Assembly (NCBI GenBank): GCA_013239625.1
Contig: MU053557.1
Span: 1,309,063-1,373,062 of the forward strand
Direction of reading: 5' to 3'
DNA length: 64,000 nt
Source of the DNA: Lama guanicoe
Taxonomy: Eukaryota
Position 1 is the first letter of the stretch. Each line of letters starts with the position of its first letter. Under the pieces are notes generated by a model. The model saw only the letters and a list, made by a program, of their open reading frames with translations, was not told where the DNA came from and did not search any database. The translations under genes and the position numbers were made by a program. Of the stretch, positions 12,704-24,440 are shown in pieces.

Positions 12704-14555
12704 TTTTTTTTTCACTGATGTATAGTTAATTTATAATAGTATATTAACTTCAGGTATACAAGATAGTGATTCAATATTTTATAGATGATGCTCCATTAAG
12801 AGTTACTGCAACGTAATGGCTTTAATTCTCTGTGCAATATCCTGGTTATTTACCTTTTTTATACATAGTAATCTGTGTCTCTTAATCCCATCCTCCTATC
12901 TTGGCCCTCCTCACTTTCCTTGCCACCCTGATAACCACTAGCTTGTTCTGTATTTCTGTGAGTCTGTGTTCTGTTAATATACATTCATTTTATTTTTTAG
13001 ATTCCACACATAAGTGGTATCATACAATATTTGTCTCTGACTTACTTTACTAAGCATAATACCTTCTAGGTCCATCACACTATTACAAGTGGCAGAATTT
13101 CATTTTTTAAAATAGCTGAGTAATATTTCCATTGTGTATATGTATACCATGTCTTCTTTATCCATTCACCTGTTGATGGACAAGTAGGTTGCTTTCATAC
13201 CTTGGCTTTTTTAAATAGTGCTGCTATGAAGGGAGTAAATATATCTTTTCAAAACACTGTATGTCATTTCCTTTGGATGTGTACCCAAGAGTGGAATTGC
13301 TGGATCATATGGCATGATTTTTAGTTTTGAGGGGAACCTCCAGAATGTTTTTTGTACTTGCTTCACCAGTTAACACTCACACCAACAGTGTATAAGGGTT
13401 CCGTTTTATCCACATCCTCATCAGTATTTGTTATTCATAGACTTTTTGATGATAGCCATTCTGACAGGTGTGAGGGGATTTCTCACTGTGGTCTTGATTT
13501 GCATTTCTCTGATGATTAACAGCGTTGAACATCTTTTCATGTACTTGTTGGCCACTTATGTAACCAACATAAGTTTTCTTTGGAAAATGTTCAGGTGTTC
13601 TGCCCAATTTTAATCAAGTTGTTTGTTTTTTTTTTTTGATATTGAGTTGTATGAGCTGTTTATATGTTTTGGATATTAACCACTTATCAGTCACATCATT
13701 GCAAATATTTTCTCCCAATCCATAGGTTGTCTTTTTTTGTTCTGTCAAAGGATTTCCTTGAATGTGCAGAAGCTGTTAAATTTAATTAGGTCCCATTTGT
13801 TTAGTTTTGCTTTTGTTTCTTTTGCCTTAGGAGACAGATCCAAAACAAAAATACTGCTACAATTTACATCAAAGACTGTTCTGCCTATGTTTTCTTCTAG
13901 GAGTTTTATGATTTCAAGTTTTACATTTAGGATTTTAATCCATTTTTAGTTTATTTCTGTATAGGATGTGAGGGAATGTTCTAAACTCTTTGTTATACTT
14001 GTGGCTACCTGATTTTCTCAGCACCGTTTATTGAAGAGGCTGTCTCTTCCTCCATTACATACTCTTGTCTCCTTTGTTGTGCATTAACTGACCATAAGCG
14101 TATGGGTTCATTTCTGGGCTCTCTATTCTGTTCACTCATCCATGTGTCTGTTTTTGTGCCAATACATGCCATTTTTATTAATATAGCTTTGAAATGTAGT
14201 CTTAAGTTGGGGAGAGTAGCACCTCTAGCTTTGTTCTTTTTTTTTTTCTCAAGATTGCTTTGAAAGTTTAGTGCCTTTTGTAGTTCCATATAAATTATAG
14301 GCTCATTTGTTTAAATTTTATGAAGAATGTCATGGGCATTTTTGTAGGGATTGCATTAAATTTGTAGATTGCTTGGGGTAGTATGGCCATATTAACAATA
14401 TTAATTTTTCCAATCCATGTTCATGGGGTATTTTTCTATTTTTTGAAATGAACTTGAGTTTCCTTTATCAATGTTTTGTATATTTCAGAATGTAAGTCTT
14501 TCACCTCCTTGGTTAAGTTTATTTCTAGGTATTTTTAATGCAATTTTAAATGGTA
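12704..14555 (-). mobile_element. LINE-1 3' portion (ORF2 C-terminal part, 3'UTR, poly-A seen as a T-run)
   Basis: T-run at 12704 followed by antisense 3'UTR. ORF 14005-14289 (KKKNKARGATLPNLRLHFKAILIK) resembles L1 ORF2 KNKAGGITLPDFKLYYKA. Confidence 0.92.
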
Positions 14556-14719
14556 GCATCACATTTTTTCCCCTTTTGTAGCTGCCACAAGTCTAGTGAT
14601 AGGCTGTGGTGTGGCGCATGAAGCACCAGAGCATTTGCTCAGTTAGGGCTGGGGCACTCAGTGAAGCGGTGGGGGAGTTCTGGCTGTCAGAAGTCCAGCC
14701 TACTTCTGGGGCCTGTGGA

Positions 14720-16540
14720 GTTTCTGCTGAAAAATCAGCTGATAGTCTTATGGGAGTTTATTATTTGTTGATTTTCCCTTCATGATTTTAATATTCTCTC
14801 TCTTTATCTTTAATTATTGTTATTTTAATTACAATATGTCTAGGCGTGTTCTTCTTAGGGTTAATCCTGTGTGGGACTCTCCTGTACTTCCTTGACTTGG
14901 GTGACTGTTTCATTTCCCAGGTTAGGGAAATTTTAAACTATTATCTCTTCAAATATTTTTTCAGGCCCTTTTTCTTTCTCTTCTCCCTCTGGGACCCCTA
15001 TAATGTGAGTATTAGTGTGCTTGATGTTGTCCCAGAGTTCTCTTCAACTGTCCTAACTGCTTTTCATTCTTTTTTTTCTGTTCTGCAGTAGTAGTTCCCA
15101 CTAGTCTCTATTCCAGCTCACTGATCTGTTTTTCTGCTTCATTTCATCCACTATTGATTACTTCTAGTGTATCATTTCTAGTGAAATGAAAAATGTGTTT
15201 TTCATTTCAGTTATTACAGTCTTCAACTCTGTTTGGTTTTTTATATTTTCTTACTCTTCTTTGAAAACTTCTAACTTCTCGCTCTGTGCATCCATTCTCC
15301 TCCCGAGTTCTTGGATCATCTTTACAATCATTACTCTGAACTCTTTCTTGGATAGATAGTCTATCTTTATGTCATTTAGTTCTCCTGGAATTTTATCTTG
15401 TTCCTTTGTCTGAAACATATTCTTCTGCAGCCTCATTTTGTCTAAATTCCTACTTGTATTTTTGTGTATGTGGTAGGTTAATTATGTTTCTTGACCTTAG
15501 ACAAATGGCCCTGTGTAGGGGGCATGCTGTGCTTCCCAGCGGTGCATCCTCCTCTCGTCATGCAAGGGCCAGGGGCCAGCTGGTCCTAGGGTAGGTCTGG
15601 GCTGCCCTTGCAGACCTGTTCTGCAGGCTCTGGGGTCCTAGTTTTCTTGCTTCTGGTGCCTTCCCTCTGCTGGGTGAGGCTGTTGTAGAGGCTTACAGAG
15701 GCTTCCTGCGGGGAAGGGCTTGTGCCTGCCCACTGGTGGGTGGAACTGATTCTGGCCCTCTGGTGGGCAAGGCTGTGTCTAGGGGTGTGTCTGGAGGTGG
15801 CTGTGAACTCAGAAGTCTTTTTGTAGCCTGTCTGCTGATAGGTGGGGATTTGTCTCCACCCAATTAGCACTGGATCCTACAGTCTGTTGGTTGGGGCCAG
15901 ATCTTGGTGCTAATGATCCAAGCAAGGTGTCAGCCTCCAAGAGAGTTCATGCAGATGAGTTCTGCCTGATATGTCTACCATTTTGTCCGTGTCCCCAGGG
16001 TGAGCCATAGCAGCAGCCTGTCATCTCCTCAGGAGACGCTCTAAGACCAGCAGGTATGTCTGGCCCAGGTTCCTATGAAGTTCCTGCTTTTGCCCTTGAT
16101 CCCAGTGAGCATGAGATGTGTGCATACTTTAGGAGGGAAGTCTCTATTTCCCTCAGTCCTGTGGAGCTCCTGCAGTTAATTCCCTCTGGCCTTCAAAGCC
16201 CAGTACTCTGGGCCTGCCCTTCCTGGTGCTGGACCCCAGGCCTGGGGATCCTGACGTCTGGCTCAGTACTCTCACTCCTGTGGGAGAACCTCTGCAGTAT
16301 AATTACTCTCCAGTTTATGGGTTCCACATTTGGGGGTATGGAATTTGAGACTATCGTGAATCCGCCCCTTCCACCCATCTTGTTGTGGTTCCTTTTTTGT
16401 CTTTAGTTATAGAAGATCTTGTCTGGTAGGTTCCAATCTTTATTATCGGTGGTGGTTCTGCAGTTAGTTGTGGTTTTCATGTGTTTGTAAGAGGAGGTGA
16501 GCTTTGGCTCCTTCTCCTCCACCATCTTGGCTGCCAGCCT
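14720..16540 (-). mobile_element. LINE-1 5'UTR plus N-terminal half of ORF1
   Basis: ORF 15251-15436 (MRLQKNMFQTKEQDK...KEFRVMIVKMIQELGRRMDAQSEKLEVF) is an L1 ORF1 N-terminus. The 5' end carries a YY1-like CAAGATGG (CCATCTTG at 16521-16528 on +). Confidence 0.9.
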
Positions 16541-17139
16541 TCTTTTTTGCAAATACACCCCTCTCTGTTTCACACTGCAGGGCTCTCCGCCCTCACCTCC
16601 TGGGCTCCGTTCCTGGGTCCCTCACTCGGCTCGTTTTGCCTTCTCCAGCCACCAGCACTTGCAGCAGTAGTGGGTGGACTGCAGCGTCCAGACACCTGCA
16701 AGCTGGGTCCCAGGTCCCTGCAGCAAGGCTGCTGGGATGAGGAGTGAGAGGCTGCTGCCCTCACTGCCAGCCCCGTGCTGCTGATGTGATTGCTGTGATT
16801 GTGAAACTCCACATCTCCCCCCTCTTAGTGCAGCAGCTGCCTCGCCACGGCCTCCAGCCACCCCAGGGAAGCACGAGGGAGGCAAGGTTGTAACCACGGT
16901 GAAAGGGACTCACTGTCACTGCTGCAAAAGAGAAGGGGCTGAGTGTCTGTGCTTGGGCCTCTCTGCTCACACCTGCTGGGTGGTGCTCCCCTCTGCACCC
17001 TCGCTCCTCCCATTTCTCCTCCAGGGTGTGGGCTTGCCCCCGCGCAGCGTGTAGCGCAGCCTTAAGAGGTGCGTGCCAGGCTGCGACGTGCGGCGCCTGC
17101 TCCCCGACCCTCCACCCTCTCCCTGCGGCCTGTTGTAGG

Positions 17140-19475
17140 TTTCTGATCTCTAGGTACTGTGGGGTTCATATGTGGTGACCTGTAACTATATCTATGTTAC
17201 ATAGGTAGTCCTTTAAGTTCTGACTCATTTTAAAGTATCTGCATTTTGTGCTGCCCCTATCTTGTTTTGTGTTTTTGATGCCATATTTTATATCTGCATG
17301 TTTATCCCTTTATTGATTATTGCAGTTATACTTGATTTTACTATTTTTTTTTGTATTTTAATGTCCATACTAGTTTATTTAAGTGATTGATCCTCAGCCT
17401 TTACTGTATGTTTTCCTTTACTGGTAGGATTATTCTCTTCTTATAATTTCTTATTTCTTGTTGTAGCCTTTTGTTTTTTGCTTAGAAACTTTTTAACACT
17501 TCTTACATGGTTGGTTTATAAGAAACAGCCTATAAGGCGGATGAACTCTTTTAGTTTTTGCTTTTCTGAGAAATTCCTTCTCCTTTAATTCTGAATGATT
17601 ACCTTGCTGGTAGAGTATCCTAGGTTATAGGTTTTATGCTTTGAGTATCTTAAATAAATCACGCCACGGTCTTCCAGCCTGCAAAGTTTCTATTGAAAAA
17701 TATGCTAATAGCATTCTCGTGGCTCCCTTGTATGGGACTCTGTTTTTCTCTTGCTGCCTTTAAAATTCTCTGTCTTTAATTTTTGCCATTTAAATTATGA
17801 CTTTTGTCTTGATGTGGGTCTCTTTGGGTTCAATTTGTTCAGGACTCTCTGTGCTTCCTGTACCTGGATAGCTGTTTCCTTTTTCAGGTTTGGGAAGTTT
17901 TCAGCCACAGTCTCATCGGGGACATTTTTTGATACCCTTATCTCTCTCCTCATCCTGGGACCCCCATAATGTGAATGCTGGTCAACTTGGTGATGTTCCA
18001 GGGATCCCTTAAGCTGTTCCCATTTTTAAACCTGTTCTTCTTCTTGCTATTCTGATTAGGTGATTTTTGTTGTTCTGTATTCCAAATCACTTACGCTTTC
18101 TTCTATATTACTTTGCTGTTAATTCCTTCTAATGTGTATCTCATTTTATGTATTGCATTCTTCAGTTTTGATTGGTTCTTTTTTCATACTTTCTAGTTCC
18201 TTGTTACAATTCCTACTGTTCATCTGTTATTTTCCCTAATTCATTTAACATTCTTGTTACTAATGCTTTGAATTCTTTATCTGTTTGTTTATTTCTGCTT
18301 CAATACTTGTTTTCTCAGGAGTTTTCCATTGTTCTTTCAATGGAAACAAATTCCTTGGCCTTGTCATTTTGCTTAATTTTCTCTGCCTCTCTGAAATTTG
18401 GTGAACTAGTTACCTATTGCAGTCTTGAAGCAGTGGCCTTGTCGTGGAGTGTGCCCAGTATCTTTGGTGGGGCTTTGGTGGATCTGACCTGAACACAAGT
18501 CAGTCGTTCCTCAGGGTGTACTGGCAGCTCACATCTGGTAGAAAATGAGCCTCGGGTTGGAGGCGCTACAGCCAGAGCCAGCTGTGAGCCAGGGGTTCTC
18601 TGCTCAGTGGCGAAGTACACCCTGTGGGGGCTGAGGCAGTTACTGGAGCAGAAGCCCTGAGGGCCTGATCTGAGCTGGCTTCTTTCCATTTAAATAGGTG
18701 CTCTTGTCCTTCCCACCACTGGTACCCTCACCCCAAAGGCGAACAGCGCTGGGGGAACTGGACTATTGTGGGTGCTTGTTGTGGTTCAGGGTCTGGCCCA
18801 GCTGGGGTCACAGACCTGGCCTCCTTCCAGCGCACTGTCTGTGTAAGTGCCAGTGATGGTTACACCTGCCCCAGGAAGATGTTATTTTGAATCTCAGCCA
18901 CCTCTGAATCCAAAAGCCAGTCTCTCCTTTGCCACAGCAGTCCTTGACCCAGCATGCAGCTTTGTCATGAAGCAAGCAGGACGCGGGTAGTCACTCGACT
19001 CAGGCTGGGATACCCACCAGGGCAGTCAGAAGAAACCAGCCAGCTACTTGTTCAGCCTCAATCCATCTTCTTTACCTCTTTTTGGGAGCAGGGAAGTGTT
19101 GACATGCTTCTCATGAGTGGAGGCCAGGCTTCCTAGAGCCTTGTTGTTAGTCCTACCAGTCCTCCAGCCATCTAAGGGGACTCTTCCTATGGGTGCTGGA
19201 CCCCGTGGCTGGGGCACCCAATATGTGGCTTGAGCCACTCATTCCCTAGAGAATGTGTCCATCCGTGTAATCTCTCTTCTTCTCTGAGTCCCTTCTCTGG
19301 GCATGGGTCTTGATCTAATTGCTTTTCTTCCCTTCCTCCTGGATCTGTGTGGAGTCTTTCTGTCAGTCTCAAATTAGTTTTCAGTGAGAACCATTCCACA
19401 TGTAGACGTATTTTAGATGTATTCATGGAGGGAGGCACGTTCCACATCCTCCACTCTGCCATACTGATTTCCCCC
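17140..19475 (-). mobile_element. LINE-1 5'UTR, ORF1 and inter-ORF region (decayed), related to the 1-5092 element
   Basis: Colinear with 2460-5092 (e.g. GCAAAGTTTCTAT.GA.AAAT..GCT.ATAGC; AAGTTTTCAGCCACAGT; TTAGTTTTCAGTGAGAA). The 5' end is a C-run at 19471-19475. Confidence 0.88.
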
Positions 19476-20409
19476 TGTAACAGTGGTTGTTGACAGTTAC
19501 TGAAAACTACAGTGAGGTGTCTCCTCCCATTTCTAGCATAAATTAGAAATATAGTGGCTTTCTTTATTTTTAAAGTCGTAAAATTATCGTATTACATCTG
19601 TTATCCATTTGTGGGAGCAACTTGGTAGAACATTTCTCACAGTTTGAATAAATTTTTTTTTCCATATTCCAAATTCAGGACTATGAGCTGTTCGGTAAAA
19701 GCAAAAATTAATGAAATGCATGCATCGCCTTCTTGGAAAAAAATAATAAATGAGATCAAAAAGATGATTCTCCAGACATGAGAGAATATAAAAAAAATCT
19801 TTCGTAAAAACCCAAATAAGCCTTGTCTATGAAAATATTAGTCTAGGGCCGATAACTTCATATATGTGGATTTTTTGTGAACGTTCTTATAGTAGTTGTA
19901 TTGAATGAGAGGTCCACTCAATACTGTAACTGCAAGATCCTTTAAGCTTTAAATTTTTCTGACTCCATCCTCCCCAGTGAATCTTTTAATCATTTGGCTT
20001 CCCATGTAACTTGCCCATAGGGGAACATTTGTGCTATTTAAGCTAACTCAAGCATTCTAGTCCACTTGTGGAACTGGCATTTTAAAAATAATATAATCTA
20101 CCAAATAATCCCACACTCGGTTCTTAGATTTAAGCCAGTTCACAAATGCAAGACCTCTTAAATAAAAGGAAGTCCAAGTCCCTTTGAAGGACTCAGTATC
20201 CCAAATCTTTCATCCATCCTTCCTCAAAGGGACATTGCAGCCATTTCCAAGGGAAAGAGAAATACTCAAACGTTTAAAGGCTGATTATTTATGGGCTCAA
20301 AGATTACACTCATTCTTCAGGGTTGAAAACTCCACTGTGATTCACCAGGGAGAGTCCTATCAAGGTTTATAGTAAAGATTTTTCTTAAATCCTTCTCACA
20401 GAAGACCAG

Positions 20410-23385
20410 GTGGGTTGAGGAACCACACAGTGGTCATTTCTCAGTTTAAGAATGTGTAGTAGAGACAGGCATACTTATTTGCTGGATGAATCCCTACTGT
20501 CACTTCCTGACCTGTGGGAAAAGATTCTATTATGGGAGGAAGGGCCAGTTGAATGACTTTATTCCCTTTCCTCACCACTTTCCAAAACACACACACACAC
20601 ATGTAATCACAGAACAGTAAGCCAAAAACAATACTGTGTTCCTGGAGAAACTGCAGAGATTACTGGCAGTGTCAGAGATGTGAAATACGGAGCATCAGTG
20701 CCTGCAGCACGGAACGTACATCGTGGGCCTGTGCAGAAGACATGTCTGAGAGAGACAGATGGGATTCTCATGTAGTTAATGAGGTAGTGCCTCCAAATGT
20801 AGTTGCTGTTCCAAGTATTGTCTTTTATTAGCGCAGATCAGCAGAGGCCCTGCATCTGGTTATCAGCGATCGATGTGGCAAATGCTTTTTGGTTTTTTTT
20901 TTAACTTGATACCAATTAGCAAAGTCCACCAGAGACTGTTTTCTTCCGCCTTATAGAGAAAGCGGTTTACTTCACTGTCTTACTTCAGGCTGCACAGTTT
21001 TCTCGTTCTCTGTCAAGCTCTGGCATGCAGGGGTCTTAACCACCTTGCCATGTCACAAGGTATCATATTGAGCTATAAATGGATGCTGTAATGCCAATCA
21101 GATCAATTCAGCAGAGATAATGCGGGGAGATTCATGTGTGCTAGAGAGTGAGAGAGAAACCTAAAGATACCCAGGGGCCTGTGACCTCACTGAGACCTCC
21201 AGGGGTCTGCTGGATCTCGGGCATAGCTGTGTGCTCCCTCCAACCTGAAAGCCAAACCACGGCGTCTCTTACTTCCTTTGGCAGAGAAGAGTTACAGCAC
21301 TTGGGGGGCATCTTTAGATTCTAGATTAATAGACACCATATTTGAAAGTGTTTCTTCAGCCCATTTACAAAATGATCTTTACAGCTGGCTGTTTTCAGTG
21401 ACGTTCAGAGAAAGCAAAAAGTCATACCAGGCTGGATCTCAAGCTGGTTTTCTATTTTGGCCAGCGACCTGACTGACGATACTCAGGTGCTTATTACTTC
21501 TCAGGATGCCCTGCTGAGCTTCTGGTAAACTCTGATAGGAGAATCTCAGCACAGTAGTAGTGTTCTGTGGATACATAGTTTTTGCTGGTCATTGACATTG
21601 GTAGAAATGAATCCTTGATTATCAGATAATGCTTGCAGTCAGTTCTGCAACCTGAGCTTCCATTCATTAACTGGGTGTTTACAGGTCGTAAATTCAGCCT
21701 TGTCGAGAAGCCCTGTTCATGAACAGAAACATGTGCGAGGAGAGGCTCAGACATGTCCTTGAGGTGCAAGCAAGTGACATGAGCTGTTGCCTCTGACTTT
21801 CATGGCATTTCCTCCTGCTGCCCTGCTGCCTCTCCACCAGTCCATGTTCATGGCCTCAGAGAGTTTTCTTGACTGTGTTGGATGAAGAAAGAATTGGAAC
21901 CTCATTACTAACTATATTACATGATGTGCTGACATTGGCTAGGAACAGACAGCTACAGCTACAGCATTAAAACTTAGGGGTGGCCTTAAATTACAGTGTG
22001 GAAGGAAGCCTCCCAGCAGGCAGAACCTGGAGCAGTATGTCTTGCTGAGCACTTTCTCTGAGAAGAGCGATGGCCAGAAATGCAGCTTATAATGATATGT
22101 GGGCAGTGGATAGCAGTTTGACGAGAGTGTCATGGACTTGAGAGAAGTGAGATTGCAGAGCAGTTCATGGATAGACCTCATGGGATGAGCATAGAGGGTG
22201 ACAATATTTACGTCGCACCTGAATGCTCGTCAAAGGTCATTCCCTTCAGGGGGGAATTTCAATAATCAGATGTTCAAGGTGACCCATTCTGTGGATGCTG
22301 TACACGCTGTTTCCCCAGCCCCTTGATGCTTAAGCACAGAGTTTATGAATAAGGCAGCCAGGACTACAGAAACAGAGACATGGTCTGGGATTTCCCTCAC
22401 CAGGACTGATCTGGCTACCACAAAAGCTGAGAATAACAGAGACCAATACTGATATATCACCATTTACCCAATAGCAGGTTGCTCATATGAGACCCTTTTC
22501 ATCATGATTTGTCCAAACTGAAAATGGCACGTAGGATATGAATTTCCCCTCACTGCTACAGTGCTTCTCCCAGCACTCCATCTATGGATTTATGAATGCT
22601 TTTGTTCACCATCATAATCTCATACACATCATTGCTTCTGACAAAGGAACTCACTTTAGAGCAAACAGGAATCAGGCAAAGAGCTCAGTCCTTTGTGATT
22701 TACTATAAGACTCCATCATCCAGAAGCAACAGACCTGAAGGAAGTGTGGAAAGGCTCAGTTACAGTGTTACCTGGATGACAACACTTAGGAGGTTTGGAA
22801 AGCTGTGATGACACAGTGACCAGTGTCTGCTGCCTTTTCTATCTAATTTGGAGTGGAAATAGAGTAGCTACACTCACTGTTTTACCTAATGGTCCATTCA
22901 CAACATTTTGCATCTTGTTCCTGCATGTTTCTATACCTTTGGGCACTGTAAGGTCTTGCTTTTTAAGGGTAAAAAAAAAGAAACAACCAAACAAAGTCTC
23001 TTTTCCCAGGGAATACAAACTGGTTCCAGTGAACCACGAGTGGAGAATGCCACCTGGATATTTTGGGTTCCCTATGCCAATGAGTTAATAGGTAGAGAAT
23101 AGGCTTCAGTGAAGAATCCCAGTTAACAAAGTAAAATAGATTCTTGCCACACAAGGGGGTATGTCTGGATATACTTAGAATCAGAAGGATTATCCAGGTC
23201 TGCTTCCACGTAGAGCAGTAAATGCTAACAGAGGATCACAGCAGCCTACCAGAGATGTGATCTCTAGGGGCGAAGACCCCTGAGGAGTAAAGGTTCAGAT
23301 CACCCCCATATAAAACAATCATGATCGGCTGAAATGCTGGCTCTGGGTAAAGAGATCATGAAATAGGAAGTGAGAAAGGAAACTT
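20410..23385 (+). mobile_element. ERVL-type (class III) endogenous retrovirus interior: decayed protease end, RT, RNase H, integrase, dUTPase
   Basis: Hand translation: 20614 TVSQKQYCVPGETAEITGSVRDVK; 20866 AIDVANAF; 22201 TIFTSHLNARQR; 22628 IIASDKGTHFRA; 22714 HHPEATDLKE; 23017 KLVPVNHEWRMPPGYFGFPMPMS. These resemble recalled ERVL IVNQKQYRIPGGIAEI, AIDLANAFF, KIFVSHVNAHQR, SIASDQGTHFTA, HHPEAAGLIER and PLNWKLRLPPGHFG, in the correct order. Confidence 0.9.
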
Positions 23386-24249
23386 TTCATTTATAATTAT
23401 TTGTTTTCTTGATTGAACCCTTATTATTAAAATAACTCATTTTAATTTTTGACTTAAAATTTTATCAAATAGGACAGTTCCAGCACACTGGAATGAGCAG
23501 TAGTGCCATATGTGCCTGTTTCTGAGTCTTGCACTTGCTAGCCATGTGCGCCGTGTGCAGTGAGGACGACAGTGGTTCCACGGCGTCTCCAGGAACTCTG
23601 AGCCTGTCTTCCTCTCTGTAAAATGAGGTGTTTACATTAGACTATGTCACATTTCTTTTCCAGCTGTAAGATTTTATAACATTTGAAAAGTAAAAGGACA
23701 AAATCCAGTACAGAAAAGATGAATGCATTTACTTCTCATTAAATCCCCTTGGTATGATTTTTTTTCCCTTAGTTCTTGGAGGAAATTTTGGCTTTTATCT
23801 GAGTTAGAATTTTCTCACAGGTAGAATGTCAACCAACTCCCCGAAACTCTTAATTGGGATAAAACTATACGGTTGACCTTTGAGGCTAATAAGAAGTGAA
23901 TGAAATTTAACACCTAATGTTCTAATCTAACCATATGCCTGACAAAGAAAGGTAAAGATTCGAACAACCCAATAAATGCAGTTAAAATAACTGCCTTTCA
24001 TTTTTGCAACTCTGTTAACAACCAGTGTTACAGCCTCCATGGCTTGAAAGCTTCTTGAATGGTTTTTATTAACGTTGAATGATCATGTGAATAAAATGAA
24101 ATTAGGCAAAATTGAATGAAGCCAAAGAGCCAGTTCTTGAATATTTTTACTTAAACTAGAACCTGGGGCCCCTTAAGCACTGATTCAATTAGTTTGTTGA
24201 TTGACTTGAAATTTGGCATATTAAAGCACGATACAAAGGGAAGCTATAC

Positions 24250-24440
24250 ACTTTGGGAGGAGGTGCATTTGAGTCCTTTCTCAACTTCTGTTTGGCTATA
24301 TTATCCTCAAATTATTACAGCTCTCATGCTCAGTTTTCCTATTTTTAAATAATTTCCACTCTGCATTATGAAGATTAAATGAGATATTGCCTATAATGTA
24401 ATTACCATAGCACCTGGCGTATTACAGGGGTCAATTAATT
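24250..24440 (+). mobile_element. MIR SINE
   Basis: CTCAGTTTTCCTATTTTTAAAT...TTATGAAGATTAAATGAGATA...ATAGCACCTGGC core. Confidence 0.6.

Noticed and set aside
12690..19495. TSD bracketing the whole 12704-19475 L1 mosaic as one insertion
   Set aside because: Flanks (GCTTAGTGATGAC vs TGTAACAGTGGTTGTTGAC) are too dissimilar to call.
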